Positions 14,514-27,128 of a stretch of DNA of 64,000 nt are shown here, in pieces (position 1 is the stretch's first letter; each line of letters begins with the position of its first letter). The translations under genes were made by a program, and so were the position numbers. This DNA is from Malacoraja senta (lineage: Eukaryota), in NCBI GenBank assembly GCA_038087875.1, contig CM075995.1, positions 6,574,001 to 6,638,000 of the forward strand, in the 5' to 3' direction. The notes under the pieces are model-generated. The model ran no database searches. It was not told where the DNA came from and worked only from the letters and a program-made list of their open reading frames with translations.

Positions 14514-14895
14514 TCACATCTGAAGGTTTCGACCCGAAATGTCACCCATTCCTTCACTCCAGAGATGCTGCCTGTCCCGCTGAGTTACTCCAGCTTTTTG
14601 TGTCTATACATATACACACACATACAAATATATATATATATATACATATATACATACACATACACACACATATACCTCCCCTGATATCAGTCTGAAAAAG
14701 GCTCTCGACCCGAAACGTCGCCTATTCCTTCTCTCCATAGATGCTGCCTCACCCGCTGAGTTACTCCAGCATTTTGTGTAGAACTACACATATATATAGT
14801 GTGTGGGTGGGTGGTTGGGTGTGTGTGCGTGTGGGGGTGGGTGTGGTTATGTGTGTGTATGTGTATGTGTGGGTGTGTGTGTGGGTGTGTGTGTT
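14440..14895. repeat. TA/CA/GT microsatellite patchwork with two Penelope-derived inserts
   Basis: Dinucleotide runs visible directly. Confidence 0.85.
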
Positions 14896-15244
14896 TTCTG
14901 CAGAGGATGAAGGCTTTTGGTAGAATTTTCACCTGAAATAATGCCCAGGTGAAATAAATGTGGTCAGGTCGGGGAGAGTTCCCCCCGCCACGGGTGAGGA
15001 GGAGGCTGTAGACCCCCACCAGCAGGACCAAAAACAAGACCTGTCAAAGGGCAGATGTGCTCCTAGCGAGCCAACGGCCACCCACACCTCAGTAGAAGTT
15101 GGGATCACTGTCGCACACAGCATTGTAAGGCACCGTGCCCGTTGATGTTTTCAACGATGATGATGATGATGGTTATAAAATAGCCCTTTTACAAACTACG
15201 TTGAGAAAATTGCAAGTTTTCTTGCCCTTTAAAAAAAAAGACTC

Positions 15245-15432
15245 TGTGTGTATGGGCATGTGTTTGTGCGTGTGTGTTGCGAGTGTGTGTGTGCATGTGT
15301 TTGCGCGTGTGTGTATCAGTGCATGTGTGTGCCTGAGTGTGTGTGTGCATGTGTTTGCACGAGTGCATCTTCGCATGTGTATCTGTGTGTGTGTGCATGT
15401 GTTGGTGTGTGTGCGTGTGTCTGTGTGTGTGC
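15245..15432. repeat. Degenerate (GT)n microsatellite
   Basis: Visible directly. Confidence 0.9.
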
Positions 15433-15700
15433 GCAGCATTCAATGACAAAAACTGTCACCAGTCTTCGAGTCGGGCCTACAGGGATTCGGGGCGGGTTGT
15501 CGCTGGCTGGTGTTCCTGCAGGTTTGATGAGACGATGTGAACCGTGGCTGCTGCGGGGGATACAGAGATAGATGGCTGCAGCCTTCGCCAGCACCACAGG
15601 CAGAGAGGGGGTGTGCAGAGCTGCACTGGTACACTTGTGTCCTGTTACCTGCGGGTGTTGGACCGTGACATTTGCAGCTGTCTTCCTTTCTCATATTCAG

Positions 15701-15806
15701 GTATTGTATTCCTGCTGAGGAGAAGACCAAACTCGATGAAGTGGTGCACACCCTACTCCAAGCTAACGGCACGTCAGGGCTCGACATGCTTGAAAGTAAT
15801 ATCATG
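15701..15806 (+). CDS. JARID2: JARID2 coding exon (~exon 13), 106 nt, JmjC
   Basis: ttcag|GTATTGT...ATCATG|gtaaga; (W)[35 protein letters not shown]. Confidence 0.96.
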
Positions 15807-16620
15807 GTAAGAGACGGTCTATCGCTGGTACCTGCCTCTGACTAGTTCAGAGATACAGCACGGAAATAGGCCCGTACACTAACACTATCCCACACACTAG
15901 GGACAATTTACAATTTTTACCGAGACCAATTAACTTACAAACCTTCATAAGTGATAGGATGAGAATTAGGCCATTCGGCCCATCAAGTTTACTCTGCCAT
16001 TCAATCATGGCTGATCTATCTCTCTCTCAACCCCATTCTCCTACCTTTTCCCCATAACCCTACACCCGTACTAACCAATAATCTATCTCTCTGCCTTAAA
16101 AATATCCATTTAAGCCTCCACAGCCGTTTGTGGCAATGAATTCCACAGATTCACCACCCACTGACTAAATACATTTCTCCTCATCTCCTTCCTAAAAGAA
16201 CGTCCTTTAATTCTGAGGCTGTGACCTCTAGTCCTAGACTCTCCCACTAGTGGAAACATCCTCTCCACATCCACTCTATCCAAGCCTTTCACTATTCTAA
16301 TGAAGAATATTATAATTATAATATATTATACAATAAATTATAATATACAACACACCATTGACCTCCATTGTTCTAATGTGTAGGAAGGAACTGCTTAAAA
16401 TGAAGATAGACACGAAAAGCTGGAGTAACTCAGCGGGGCAGGCAGCGGCTCATGGGAGAAGGAATGGGTGACATTTTGGGTTGAAACCCTTCTTCAGACT
16501 GAAGAAGAGTCTCGACCCGCAAAACGTCACCCAATCCTTCTCCCCCGAGATGCTGCCAGTCCCGCTGAGTTACTCCTTGTTGTGTCCTATCATCCATTGT
16601 TGTGATGTTTGCTTTGGCAG

Positions 16621-16803
16621 ATTTCTCCTGAGGTGCTATGCAAGGAAGGGATCAGGGTATGTCGCACTGTGCAGCAGAGTGGGCAGTTCATCGTGTGCGC
16701 TCCTGGGGCATTCGTCTCCAAAGTCTGCTGTGGGTACAGTGTGTCGGAAGCCGTGCACTTTGCAACCACACAGTGGCTGAAAACGGGCTTCGAAGCTGCT
16801 AAG
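16621..16803 (+). CDS. JARID2: JARID2 coding exon (~exon 14), 183 nt, JmjC
   Basis: ggcag|ATTTCT...GCTAAG|gtaaag; [61 protein letters not shown]. Confidence 0.97.
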
Positions 16804-17454
16804 GTAAAGAGTTTGCGTCCCCGTACACCCAACTCCAACCGCAAAGTGACCGTATGTGTGTGTGTGTGTGTTAGGTGCACGAGTCATACTATAGACTTTA
16901 ACAGAGATACTTCGCGGAAACTGGCCCTTCGGCCCACCGGGTCCGCGCCGACCAGCGATCACCCCGTGCACTAACAACAATCCTCCACGCACCAGGGACA
17001 ATTTACAATTTTACCGAAGCCAATTGACAACTGGCAACTCGTTCCATACACCCACCACCCTTTGTGTAAAAAAAGTTACCCCATAGTGTCCTATTGAATA
17101 TTTCACCCCTCTCCTTAAACCTATGCCCTCTGGTCCTCGATTTCCCCTACTCTGGGCAAGAGACTCTGCGTTTACCCGATCTATTCCTGCAATGATTTTT
17201 TGATCCATCACAGTCTGGTGGTGATGAGAGGCTGGTGTTAATCCTTGCTCTGGTCAAAGGAGGAGAAGGAATGGGCCAGGTAGGGTGTGGTGAGATGGCG
17301 AGAGAGGATGCTGTTGATCCTGACTACTGTGAGATGGGGGCAGGACGGGCGCTGTGCCAGTGAGACGGGTACGTGGGGGAACAGCCCCGGCCCCATAGGT
17401 GTGAGGGGAGATGGCCCTTGCCATGCCGTGGGGAGTGTTCAGGTCAGCCCTAGT

Positions 17455-18105
17455 TCACAAGTTATAGGAGTAGAATTAGGCCATTCGGCCCATTGAGTCT
17501 ACTCCGCCATTCAATCATGGCTGATCTCTGCCTCCTCGTCCCATTTTCCTGCCTTCTCCCCATAACCCTTGACACCCGTTCTAATCAAGAATCTATCTAT
17601 CTGCCTTAAAAATATCCACTGACTTGGCCTCCACAGCCCTCTGTAGCAATGAGTTCCACAGATTAACTACCCTCTGACTAAAGAGGTTACTCCTCACCTC
17701 CTTTCTAAAAGAACACCCTTCAATTCTCAGGCTGTGACCTCTGGTCCTAGACTCTCCCACCGGTGGAAACATCCTCTCCACATCCACTCAATCCAAGCCT
17801 TTCATTATTCTGTAAGTTTCAATGAGGTCCCCCCTCAACCTTCTAAACTCCAGCGAGTACAGGCCCAGTGCTGTCAAGCGCTCATCATATGTTAACCCAC
17901 TCATTCCTGGAATCATTCTTGTAAATCTCCTTGGGACCCTCTCCAGAGCCAGCACATCCTTCCTCAGATATGGGGCCCGAATTTGCTTACAGTATTCCAA
18001 ATGCGGCCTGACCAGCGCCTTATAGAGCCTCAGCGTTACATCTCTGTTTTTGTATTCCAGTCCTCAATATAAATGCTAGCATTGGATTTGCCTTCCTTAC
18101 TATTG
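17455..18105 (-). mobile_element. CR1 LINE 3' fragment
   Basis: ORF2 C-terminal motifs on minus. Confidence 0.88.
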
Positions 18106-18617
18106 ATAGTGGCATAGTGGTGGGTAGAGCTGCTGCTTCACAGCGCCAGAGTTCAACAACAGTCATAGAGTTATACTGCGTGGAAACTGGACATTTGGCC
18201 CAACTTGTCAATGCCCACCAACATGTCCCTGAATCTGGACGTGTGCACTTTCGCACTTCTGTACCTCTTCCCCGATGGGAGAGGGGAGAAGAGGGAGTGA
18301 GACTGGTCCTTGATTATGCTGCCGGCCTTGCCGAGGCAACGTGAAGTGTAAATGGAGTCAATGGAAGGGAGTTTGGTTTGTGTGATGGTCTGGTGTGGGC
18401 TGCGTTCACAATTCTCTGCAATTTCCTGCGGTCTTGGATGGAGCTGTTCCCAAAGCCAAGCTGTGATGCGTCCCGATACAATGAATTTCCACGGCGCATC
18501 TGCAGAAGTTGGCGAGTGTTGTCGGGGACATGCCGAACTTCCTCAGCCTTCTCAGGAAGTTGCTGTGTTTTTTTCCTCATCAGGGCTAAAGCAAGTGTTG
18601 TTGTTCTGCCCACACAG

Positions 18618-18748
18618 GACTTGAAACGACGATATATCGCTAACGCTTTCTCGATGGAAAAACTACTTTACCTTATGGCGACTGCGGAGTCAAAGCGGGA
18701 CTGTGGAACAACACTAAGCCACATCTCTTCACTTTTGCAAGAACTCAG
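18618..18748 (+). CDS. JARID2: JARID2 coding exon (~exon 15), 131 nt
   Basis: cacag|GACTTG...CTCAG|gtaggt; DLKRRYIANAFSMEKLLYLMATAESKRDCGTTLSHISSLLQEL(R). Confidence 0.95.
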
Positions 18749-19855
18749 GTAGGTCCTGGGAATTCAGAGCCATTCAGGAATCGAGGGCCTGAGCTACAGG
18801 GAGAGGTTGGGCAGGCTGGGGCGCAGGAGGATGAGGGGTGATCTTATAGAGGTCACCCCTCATTGACCTCTATAAGATCACCCCTCCTTGGAGCGCAGGA
18901 GGATGAGGGGTGATCTTATAGAGGTGTACCAAAGGAATAGATAGATGCACAGAGTTTTAGAGTGATACAATGTGGAAACAGGCCCAACTGCACTAGTCCC
19001 ACCTGCCTGCGCTTGGTCCATATCCCTCCAAACTTGTCCTATCCATGTACCTGTCTAACTTTTTTAAAACTAAATATTGGGATAGTCCCCGCCTCAACTA
19101 CCTCCACTGGCAGCTTGTTCCATACACCCGCCACCCTTTGTACCTCTGCCCCCCCCCCCCTCTGTGAATCCTCCTCCCCCCAACTTTACGTACACCTCCC
19201 CCTCACCCCTCTAAGTCTCCTGCCCAGAGCAGGGGAATCGAGAACCAGAGGACCTAGGTTTAAGAAAGAACTGCAAATGATGGTTTAAATCGAAGGTAGA
19301 CACAAAATGCTAGAGTAAGTCAACGGGGTGTGCAGGATCTCTGGAGAGAAGGAATGGGCGACGTTTCTGAAGAAGGGTCTCGACCCGAAACGCACCCATT
19401 CCTTCTCTCCAGAGATGCTGCCTGTCCCGGTGAGTTACGCCAGCATTTTGTGTCTACCTTAGGTTTAAGGTAAGGTGGAAAGATTTAATAGGAACCCAAG
19501 GAGTAACTTTTTCACACAAAGGGTGGCGTTGAGTTGAGTTTATTGCACTTATACACAAGGTACAGTGAGAAGCTTTGATAAGTGGGCGTATGGAACAAGC
19601 TGCCGAGGAGGTTCCTTCGAGGGATGCTGCCTCATCCACTAGGATTTTCCAGGGCTGTTTGGTTCCATCACAGCCTTGGGGTTCCGAACACTGACCAAAG
19701 AGCTGACTTCCAGATCTTGATGTGAGAGGTAGTTCCCTTAACATCAAGGTGGTCTTTGGCCAAGTTTGGCATCTAGAAACCTTGGTTAAGCTGATGACCA
19801 ATTCTTTTTGAATGGGCATCAATGGGAAAGCCACCCCCAAAACGAGTCACGCCTT

Positions 19856-20790
19856 AATAATAATAATAATATTTCATTTTATTTGCTGGCGCCTTTCTGA
19901 AACACCCCAAGGACACCTTACAGGACATAAAATCACAAAAAATACCAAGGGTCTCAAGGACACCTTACAGAGACCAACAAATAAGAAAACACATAATCGG
20001 AATAAAATAAATTATAAAGACACCACAATACGCAAATCAAGGACAGAATTCATTCCAAAGGCACAAAAAAGAAAATCAGAAACACAATTTGAGGAGAGAG
20101 CAGCGGCAGCCAAACCGCGCCAGCCGTCCACTCTCCCCTCCGACCGCCATCTTGACACAGACCAACAAAGACACAGCAGCACAGAAATCATCCCCCCCAC
20201 AATGACCACCACTGTGGGGGAAGGCACAATGTCCAGTCCCCAACCCCAGTTCACCCAAAGTCAGGCCCAATGAGGCCTCCGCCATTGCCTCTACGGAGGC
20301 CCGATGTTCCTGGCCGTTCTCACCGGGTGATGTTGCCCCCGGCGTCGGGAGAGTCCTCTAGCGGCTGGGCCCACCTGGAACGGCCGCATCCCTCACCGGA
20401 GGCCCGCAGCTTCCGAAGCCGACAAGGCCGCGCCGGTTTGGAGCTCCAGGCTCCCAATGTTAAAATCGGCGCCCGCCCGATCCTCTCCGCAGTCCCGCAG
20501 CCCGGAGGTGTTGACCTCGGCGGTCACAGCTCACCGGAGCTCCAGCGCGGCGACCCAGGCAAGGCATCGCCCGCTCCGCTCCGCGACAGCGCTCCAGCGC
20601 TGTGCCGCCACCGAAGCCGATGTGCGGGGCGGTCCCCACCAGGAAACGCCGCGCCAGGCCCGCTGGTAGGCCACGAGGACGGGTCGACGGGGCAGCCCGG
20701 AGAAAAGCTGCCTCACCAACCAGGTAGGGACCTAGAAGTGTCGTTGCCCCCTTCACCCAACATTAAAAGAACAATAGCTCCTTGCGGACA
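19856..20790 (-). mobile_element. Non-coding element with a GC-rich head and an L2-type 3' tail
   Basis: Minus end TGTAAGGTGTCCTTGGGG...GAAAGGCGCC...AATAAAATG..(ATT)n. Confidence 0.55.
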
Positions 20791-20941
20791 TTTGGACTTT
20801 GTCTCCGGCTGATAACAGCTGGGAAAGAAACCCTCCTGAATCTGGAGGTGTGAGTTTACACCAGGCACAGACACAGCATGCTGGAGTAACTCAGCGGGTC
20901 ATGCAGCATCTCTGGAGAAAAGGAATTGGTGACGTTTTGAA

Positions 20942-22113
20942 CAGCGGTTCTTAACTTGGGGGCTGTGACCCCCATGGGGTTCGTTTGGGGGGTTTTCAGG
21001 GATCATGACGGGGTCATAAATAACATATCAATTTGTTGAGCCCATGTTTAGGAACCTCGACAAGCCCAGTCGATCCATTCTTTCATCATATGTCAGTCCC
21101 CGCCATCCCAGGAACTAACCTGGTGAACCTACGCTGCACTCCATCAATAGCAAGAATGTCCTTGCATTTGGCTTGATTGTATTCATAAATAATATTATCC
21201 GACTTGTTTGGATATTACATCCAGGGGTGTCAGGGGTTAAGGGGAGAAGGTAGGAGAATGTGGTTAGGAGGGAGAGATAGATCAGCCATGATTGAATGGC
21301 GGAGTAGACGTGATGGGCCAAATGGCCTAATTCTGCTCTTATCACGTATGATCACGTATGAACCTAGGTACATACACAGTATTTTGTTTACGTATGCGCG
21401 TACGTATACGCACACAAACTGTCCCTGGATCATGTGCGATCGTTCCGGCTTTGTAGTTCTAACTATACACACGTACACACGTCACTGCAAATCAAGCAAA
21501 AGTGTACAGTCACAATAGGTTTTGGTTGGGAGGTGTTGATGGGATAAGAATTTCTAGTTCCAAGATGCCGACGGTAAATCTTAACCATTCATATTGCTTT
21601 TTACGACAGTTATAGAAGATACCTGACATTGTATTTTGCCGTGATAACTAAACAATTCTGTTGTGTGGTTTTTGAACAGCGCTCGTGTAAACATGGCCAA
21701 GCGTTCCACGGGGATTGTTTTCTGCGACCGCTCACCGTTGATCGCACACAATAGAATTCTTGATCGCTCATCAAACTGTCCCGTTCTTTCGAAGAGAGCC
21801 CTGACCCTGTTGGTCCAGTCCCCCTCAACCTATCGCTGTGAGGCTGGATTCTCAACCACGGTAACTCTGAAGACCAAGGCACGCAATAGGCTTGTGATCG
21901 TCGCTGACATGAGGTGCTGCCTGTCGAGCATTCGTCCTCGTTTTGATCGCCTGATGGCTGCCAAGCAATTTCAGCCATCCCATTGACTGAGTATTGGCAG
22001 ACATGTTTTAATAAATCGGGATGTTTTTTTTTTTCAATTTTTGCTTCGGGGGTCACGGTACTGACCAAGAATGTCTGATGGGGTCGTGGGGCCAAAAAGG
22101 TTACGAACCACAG
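20942..22113 (+). mobile_element. Internally deleted hAT (Charlie/Buster-like) transposon with a transposase C-terminal remnant
   Basis: TIRs CAGCGGTTCTTAAC / GTTACGAACCACAG; ~21780-21986 encodes ...STYRCEAGFSTTVTLKTKARNRL...MRCCLSSIRPRFDRLMAAKQFQPSH*, typical of the hAT dimerisation region; CR1 pieces nested inside. Confidence 0.85.
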
Positions 22114-22360
22114 TTTTAGACCCTGTGCCTGCAACCAGCATTTGCAATTCACTCTTATGCGTTTTGACACTTCTGTACCTCTTGCCTCTTGGCATTCCTT
22201 CTGTACGTCGGGCAGAAGGTACAGAAGTTATAAGCACGCACCACCAGACTCGGGTGTGGGAAGCAACTGCAGATGCTGGTTTAAACCAAAGTTAGACATA
22301 AAATGCTGGAGTAACTCTGCAGGACAGGCAGCATCTCTGGAGAGAAGCAATGGGTGACGT

Positions 22361-22388
22361 CTGAAGAAGGGTCTCGACCCGAAACGTC
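22361..22388 (+). ncRNA. Minimal hammerhead ribozyme core (Penelope-associated)
   Basis: CTGAAGAAGGGTCTCGACCCGAAACGTC at the centre of a fold-back insert (~22254-22452). Confidence 0.65.
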
Positions 22389-22764
22389 ACCCATTCCTTC
22401 TTTCCAGAGATGCTGCCTGTCCCGCAGAGTTACTTCAGCTTTTTGTGTCTAACACCAGACTTAGGAACAGCTCCTTCCCCTCTGTAATCAGGCTTCTGAA
22501 GCTAGTATCCTTCCATAAGCTAGGATACTGTCCGATTCACCTTTACCCTATTGCGGACATTGGACTTTGTCTATGGAACTGATGTACTACAATGCTGAGA
22601 ACTAGATTCTGACTGCTGTATCTTCCCCTCTGCGCTACCTATAGTTGTTGTGACTCGATTATGTTCATTTATGGTATTATTAGCTGATCTGATTGGATTG
22701 CATGCAAAGCAAAGCTTTTCACTGTACCTCAGTACACGTGACAATAATAAACCTGAGCCACAAA

Positions 22765-23540
22765 GAAAGGCGTAGACTATTTTCTAAATGGGGAGAGAAT
22801 CCAGAAATCGGGGGTGCAAAGGGACTTGGGAGAGCTGGTGCAGGATTCCCAAAAGGTTAATTTGCAAGTCAAATCGGTAGTAAGGAAGGCAATTGCAGTG
22901 CTGGCATTTATTTCGAGAGGACTAAAATACAAAAACAGGGATGTAATGCTGCGGCTCTATAAGCCGCTGGTGGGGCCACATTTTGAATATTGTGAGCCAT
23001 TTTGGGCCCCATATCTGAGGAAGGATGTGCTGGCTCTGGAGAGGGTCCAGAGGAGGTTTACAAGAATGATCCCAGGAATGAGTAGGTTAATATACATTGA
23101 ACACTAGACCTGTACTCCCTGGAGTTTAGAAGGTTGAGGGGGGATCTCATTGAAACTTGCCGAATAGTGAAAGGCCTGGATAGAGTGGATGTGGAGAGGA
23201 TGTTTCCACTAGTGGGAGAGTCTAGGACCAGAGGCCACAGGCTCAGAACAAAAGGACGTTGTCTTCTTTAGTAAGGAGATGAGTAAGGCCTAAATTTCTT
23301 TAGCCCGGAGGGTGGTGAATCTGTGGAATTCTTTGCCACTGACGGCTGCGGAGGCCAAGTCAATGGATATTTTTAAGGCGGAGATTGATAGATTCTTGAT
23401 TAGTACGGGTGTCAGGGGTTATGGGGAGAAGGCAAGAGAATGGGGTTGGGAGGGAAAGATAGATTAGTCATGATTGAATGGAGTAGTAGACTTGATAGGC
23501 TGAATGGCCTAATTTTGCTCTATAACCTATGAACATGAAC
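22765..23540 (+). mobile_element. CR1 LINE 3' fragment
   Basis: QRDLG...LYKPLVGPHFEYC...ERVQRRFTRMIPG. Confidence 0.88.
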
Positions 23541-24423
23541 TGATGGGAAAGATGGTTGTTGTTGGTGGGGATTGATCGGATTGGCCCCGGGATCATCACA
23601 GCTGATGCTTGTAACTCACCCGAGGCTCCACTGTGCTGTAAACTTGAACAAAGATAACTGTTACTGAAGAAGGGTCTCGACCCGAAATGTCCCCCATTCT
23701 TTCTCTCCAGAGATGCTGCCTGTCCCGCTGAGTTACTCCAGCATTTTGTGTCTTCGATTTAAACCAGCATCTGCAGTTCTTTCCTATGATCTCCTCTGGT
23801 TTATCCCCATGAAGAGCTAGATAGGGCTCTTAAAAATAGCAGAGTCAGGGGATATGGGGAGAAGGTAGGAACCGGATACTGATTGGGGATGATCAGCCCT
23901 GATCACATTGAATGGCGGTGCTGGCTCGTAGGGCCGAATGGCCTACTCCTGCACCAATTGTCTGTTGAATGGTGATCCTGTAGTCCCTCTACTGGTGAGA
24001 GGTTGTACCTGCAGTAGCAACTTTGTACAATAGGAATTGAAGTGTTGAACTTGTAAATTGGTTTAACACATTTTTCTGAACTTCAACCGTCTGAAGAAGG
24101 GTCTCGACCCAAAACATCACCTATTCCTTCTCTCCAGAGACGCTGCCTGTCCCACTGAGTTACTCCACCACTTTGTGTATTTAACATTTTTTTATATGTA
24201 TCAGCCATGATCACATTGAATGGCGGTGCTGGCACGAAGGGCCGAATGGCCTACTCCTGCACCTATTGTCTGTTGTCTAATACCTTATTTTTTTCCAAAA
24301 ATAGATCTATTAAATTATTGACAACAAAAATATTTACAAAATAAGCAATCCTAACTCACCGAAGATAGACACAAAAAGCTGGAGCAACTCAGCGGGACAG
24401 GCAGCATCTCTGGAGAGAAGGAA

Positions 24424-24461
24424 TGGGTGACGTTTCGGGTCGAGACCCTTCTTCAGACCCA
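24424..24461 (-). ncRNA. Minimal type I hammerhead ribozyme motif (Penelope-associated)
   Basis: UGGGU-CUGAAGA-A-GGGU(CUCG)ACCC-GAAA-CG-UC-ACCCA: intact core, 4-bp stem II, 5-bp stem I, palindromic ACGU stem III. Confidence 0.7.
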
Positions 24462-24589
24462 AAACATCACCCATTCCTTCTCTCCGGAGATGCTGCCTGT
24501 CCCGCTGAGTTACTCGAGCATTTTGTGCCTATCTTCGGTTTAAATCAGCATCTGCAGTTCCTTCCCACACATTCCCAACTCACCTACCA

Positions 24590-24865
24590 CCATAACACAA
24601 ACAATAACTAAATATTCTTAATACTAAATATTAAATGACTACATTACAATCCTGGTCCAGGATGCATTCGACTCCCCCGCGGTGCCCATAGCTCCCGGAA
24701 CCCCTCCATGGTGACCGTGGGCATCGCATGTTCCTGTTCGAGGGACACCCGGGCGCGGACGTAACCCGGAAAAGGGGCAGGCAGCCCCTTCCGCCTGGCT
24801 CCGTGACTCGCAGATGGCCAGCTTGGCCAGGCCCAGGAGCAACCCAACCAGGACATCCTCTGCTC
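24590..24865 (-). mobile_element. Tx1/L1-like LINE 3' fragment
   Basis: LLGLAKLAI...GYVRARVSLE...FRELWAP, resembling Tx1-clade ORF2 C-termini. Confidence 0.6.
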
Positions 24866-25859
24866 TAATTAGTTTGGTTTATTGTCACGTGTACCGAGGT
24901 ACAGTGAAAAGCTTTTGTTGCGTGCTAACCAGTCAGCAGAAAGACAATACATGATTACAATCAATGCATTTACAGTGTACAGATACATGATAAGGGAATA
25001 ACGTTCAATGCACAGTGAAGCCTGTACAGTCGGATCAAGGATAGTCTGAGGGTCACCAAAGAGGTAGATAGTAGTTCAGGACTGCTCTCTGGTTGTGGTA
25101 GGATGGTTCAGTTGCCTGATAACAGCTGGGAAGAAACTGTCACTGAATCTGGAGGTGTGCGTTTTCACACTTTGCCTGATGGGAGAGGGGAGAAGAGGGA
25201 GTGGCCAGGGTGTGACTGGTCCTTGATTATGCTGCTGGCCTTGCCGAGGCAGCGTGAGGTGTAGATGGAGTCGACGGAAGGGTGGTTGGTTTGTGTGACG
25301 GTCTGGGCTGCGTCCACAATTCTACCCACTCTCCTGCACCAAAGATGAGGATGGTGGGACTGAAGTGCAGCCAGAACGCGAGGAGCAGCCTCTTCAAACA
25401 CTCAGACAGGGGCTGCAACCTCACACACTCACATACATGTGCAACACAGACTCATCCAGCCCACAGAAGTGGCAGGCGGCTGGCGAGTCTGTCAACCTGT
25501 GAGGAATGAGAAGGCTCTGGAGGCCAAGTCAGTGGATATTTTTTAGGCAAAGATAGATAGATTCTTGATTGATACAGGTTGCAGAGGTTATGGAGAGAAG
25601 GCAGGAAAATGGGATTAGGAGGGAGAGGTAGATCAGCCATGATTGAATGGCGGAGTAAACTTGATGGGCCGAATGGCCTAATGCTACTATTCCTTATGAC
25701 CGGCTCAGGAATTGGTTGCATGGGACTCCCCGATTTCGTGCACTCCGCCCCCAGGTCCCTAATATAAAGGGGAAGAATCCCGTGTAGAGAGACCTGCACT
25801 GGTGGTGCATATGTAAAGTTCACAAGAAGAATAATCCTCATCTTACACTCCCCTCTCCA

Positions 25860-27128
25860 TAGGATTGCCAACTTTCTCACACTCCCAAATAAGGGACAAA
25901 AGGTCAACATACGGGACAAATTCCCGACGGCAATTCGTTGACCGACTGGGCCGTGGCTGGGTGAATGATGAGTTGGCCCGGGTGCTGGACTGCACACAAA
26001 GCCCAGCCGGCGGGCCAGCTGAGGGGTCTTGGCCTGGGCTGCGCGACGTCGCGCGCAAAATTCCGGCACCCCATCCAACTCGTGAACCGATGATCGGCCA
26101 TGAGAAGGAGGGGTGGTGGTGGTGTCGGTGGTAAGCGAAGGTCCGAAGGTCGGACAGCTGGCCGGGCTGCTGACCGACGGGGCCACGGGCGAGGTGCTGC
26201 TGCACTCCATGGGCTGCACTACGTCGGGACGGGTGAGGCAGGGTTGGATGCGACGCTATGACCCGGCAGTCCCTTCGACCAGAGTAGTAGCAGTCAAATA
26301 CGGGACAAGGGCGGTCCCATATGGGACAAACCAAGTTAGCCCAATATACGGGATGTCCGGCTAATAGGAAAAGGGGAGATGCAACGAGACCTGGGTGTCA
26401 TGGTACACCAGTCATTGAAAGTAGGCATGCAGATCCAGCAGGCAGTGAAGAAAGCGAATGATATGTTAGCATTCATAGCAAAAGGATTTGAGTATAGGAG
26501 CAGGGAGGTTCTACTGCAGTTGTACAGGGTCTTGGTGAGACCACACCTGGAGTATTGCGTACAGTTTTGGTCTCCTAATCTGAGGAAAGACATTCTTGCC
26601 ATAGAGGGAGTACAGAGAAGGTTCACCAGACTGATTCCTGGGATGTCACGACTTTCATATGAGGAAAGACTGGATAGACTCGGCTTGTACTCGCTAGAAT
26701 TTAGAAGATTGAGGGGGGATCTTATAGAAACTTACAACATTCTTAAGGGGTTGGACAGGCTAGATGCAGGAAGATTGTTCCCGATGTTGGGGAAGTCCAG
26801 AACAAGGGGTCACAGTTTAAGGATAAGGGGAAGTCTTTTAGGACCGAGATGAAAAAAACGTTTTTCACACAGAGAGTGGTGAATCTGTGGAATTCTCTGC
26901 CACAGAAGGTAGTTGAGGCCAGTTCATTGGCTATATTTAAGAGGGAGTTAGATGTGGCCCTTGTGGCTAAAGGTATCAGGGGGTATGGAGAGAAGGCAGG
27001 TACGGGATACTGTTGGATGATCAGCCATGATCATATTGAATGGTGGTGCAGGCTCGAAGGGCCGAATGGCCTACTCCTGCACCTATTTTCTATGTTTTCT
27101 ATGTAATACGGGACAGTTGGCAACCCTA
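25860..27128. mobile_element. Non-autonomous hAT-like element with a nested CR1
   Basis: TIRs TAGGATTGCCAAC / GTTGGCAACCCTA; subterminal CGGGACA repeats; GC-rich core. Confidence 0.7.
26367..27103 (+). mobile_element. CR1 LINE 3' fragment nested in the hAT-like element
   Basis: Near-intact ORF2 C-terminus, TTCTATGT-type tail, flanking TAATA duplication. Confidence 0.9.

Noticed and set aside
20270..20812. 180-aa Pro/Arg-rich ORF
   Set aside because: Stop-poor GC-rich repeat, open in several frames, with no recognisable domain
21663..21986. Domesticated hAT gene (ZBED/SCAND3-like)
   Set aside because: Only the last ~70 codons are transposase-like, inside a deleted element with TIRs
25452..26219. 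Longest ORF in the track (255 aa, minus)
   Set aside because: It runs across a GC-rich transposon core and a CR1 tail, with no coherent protein
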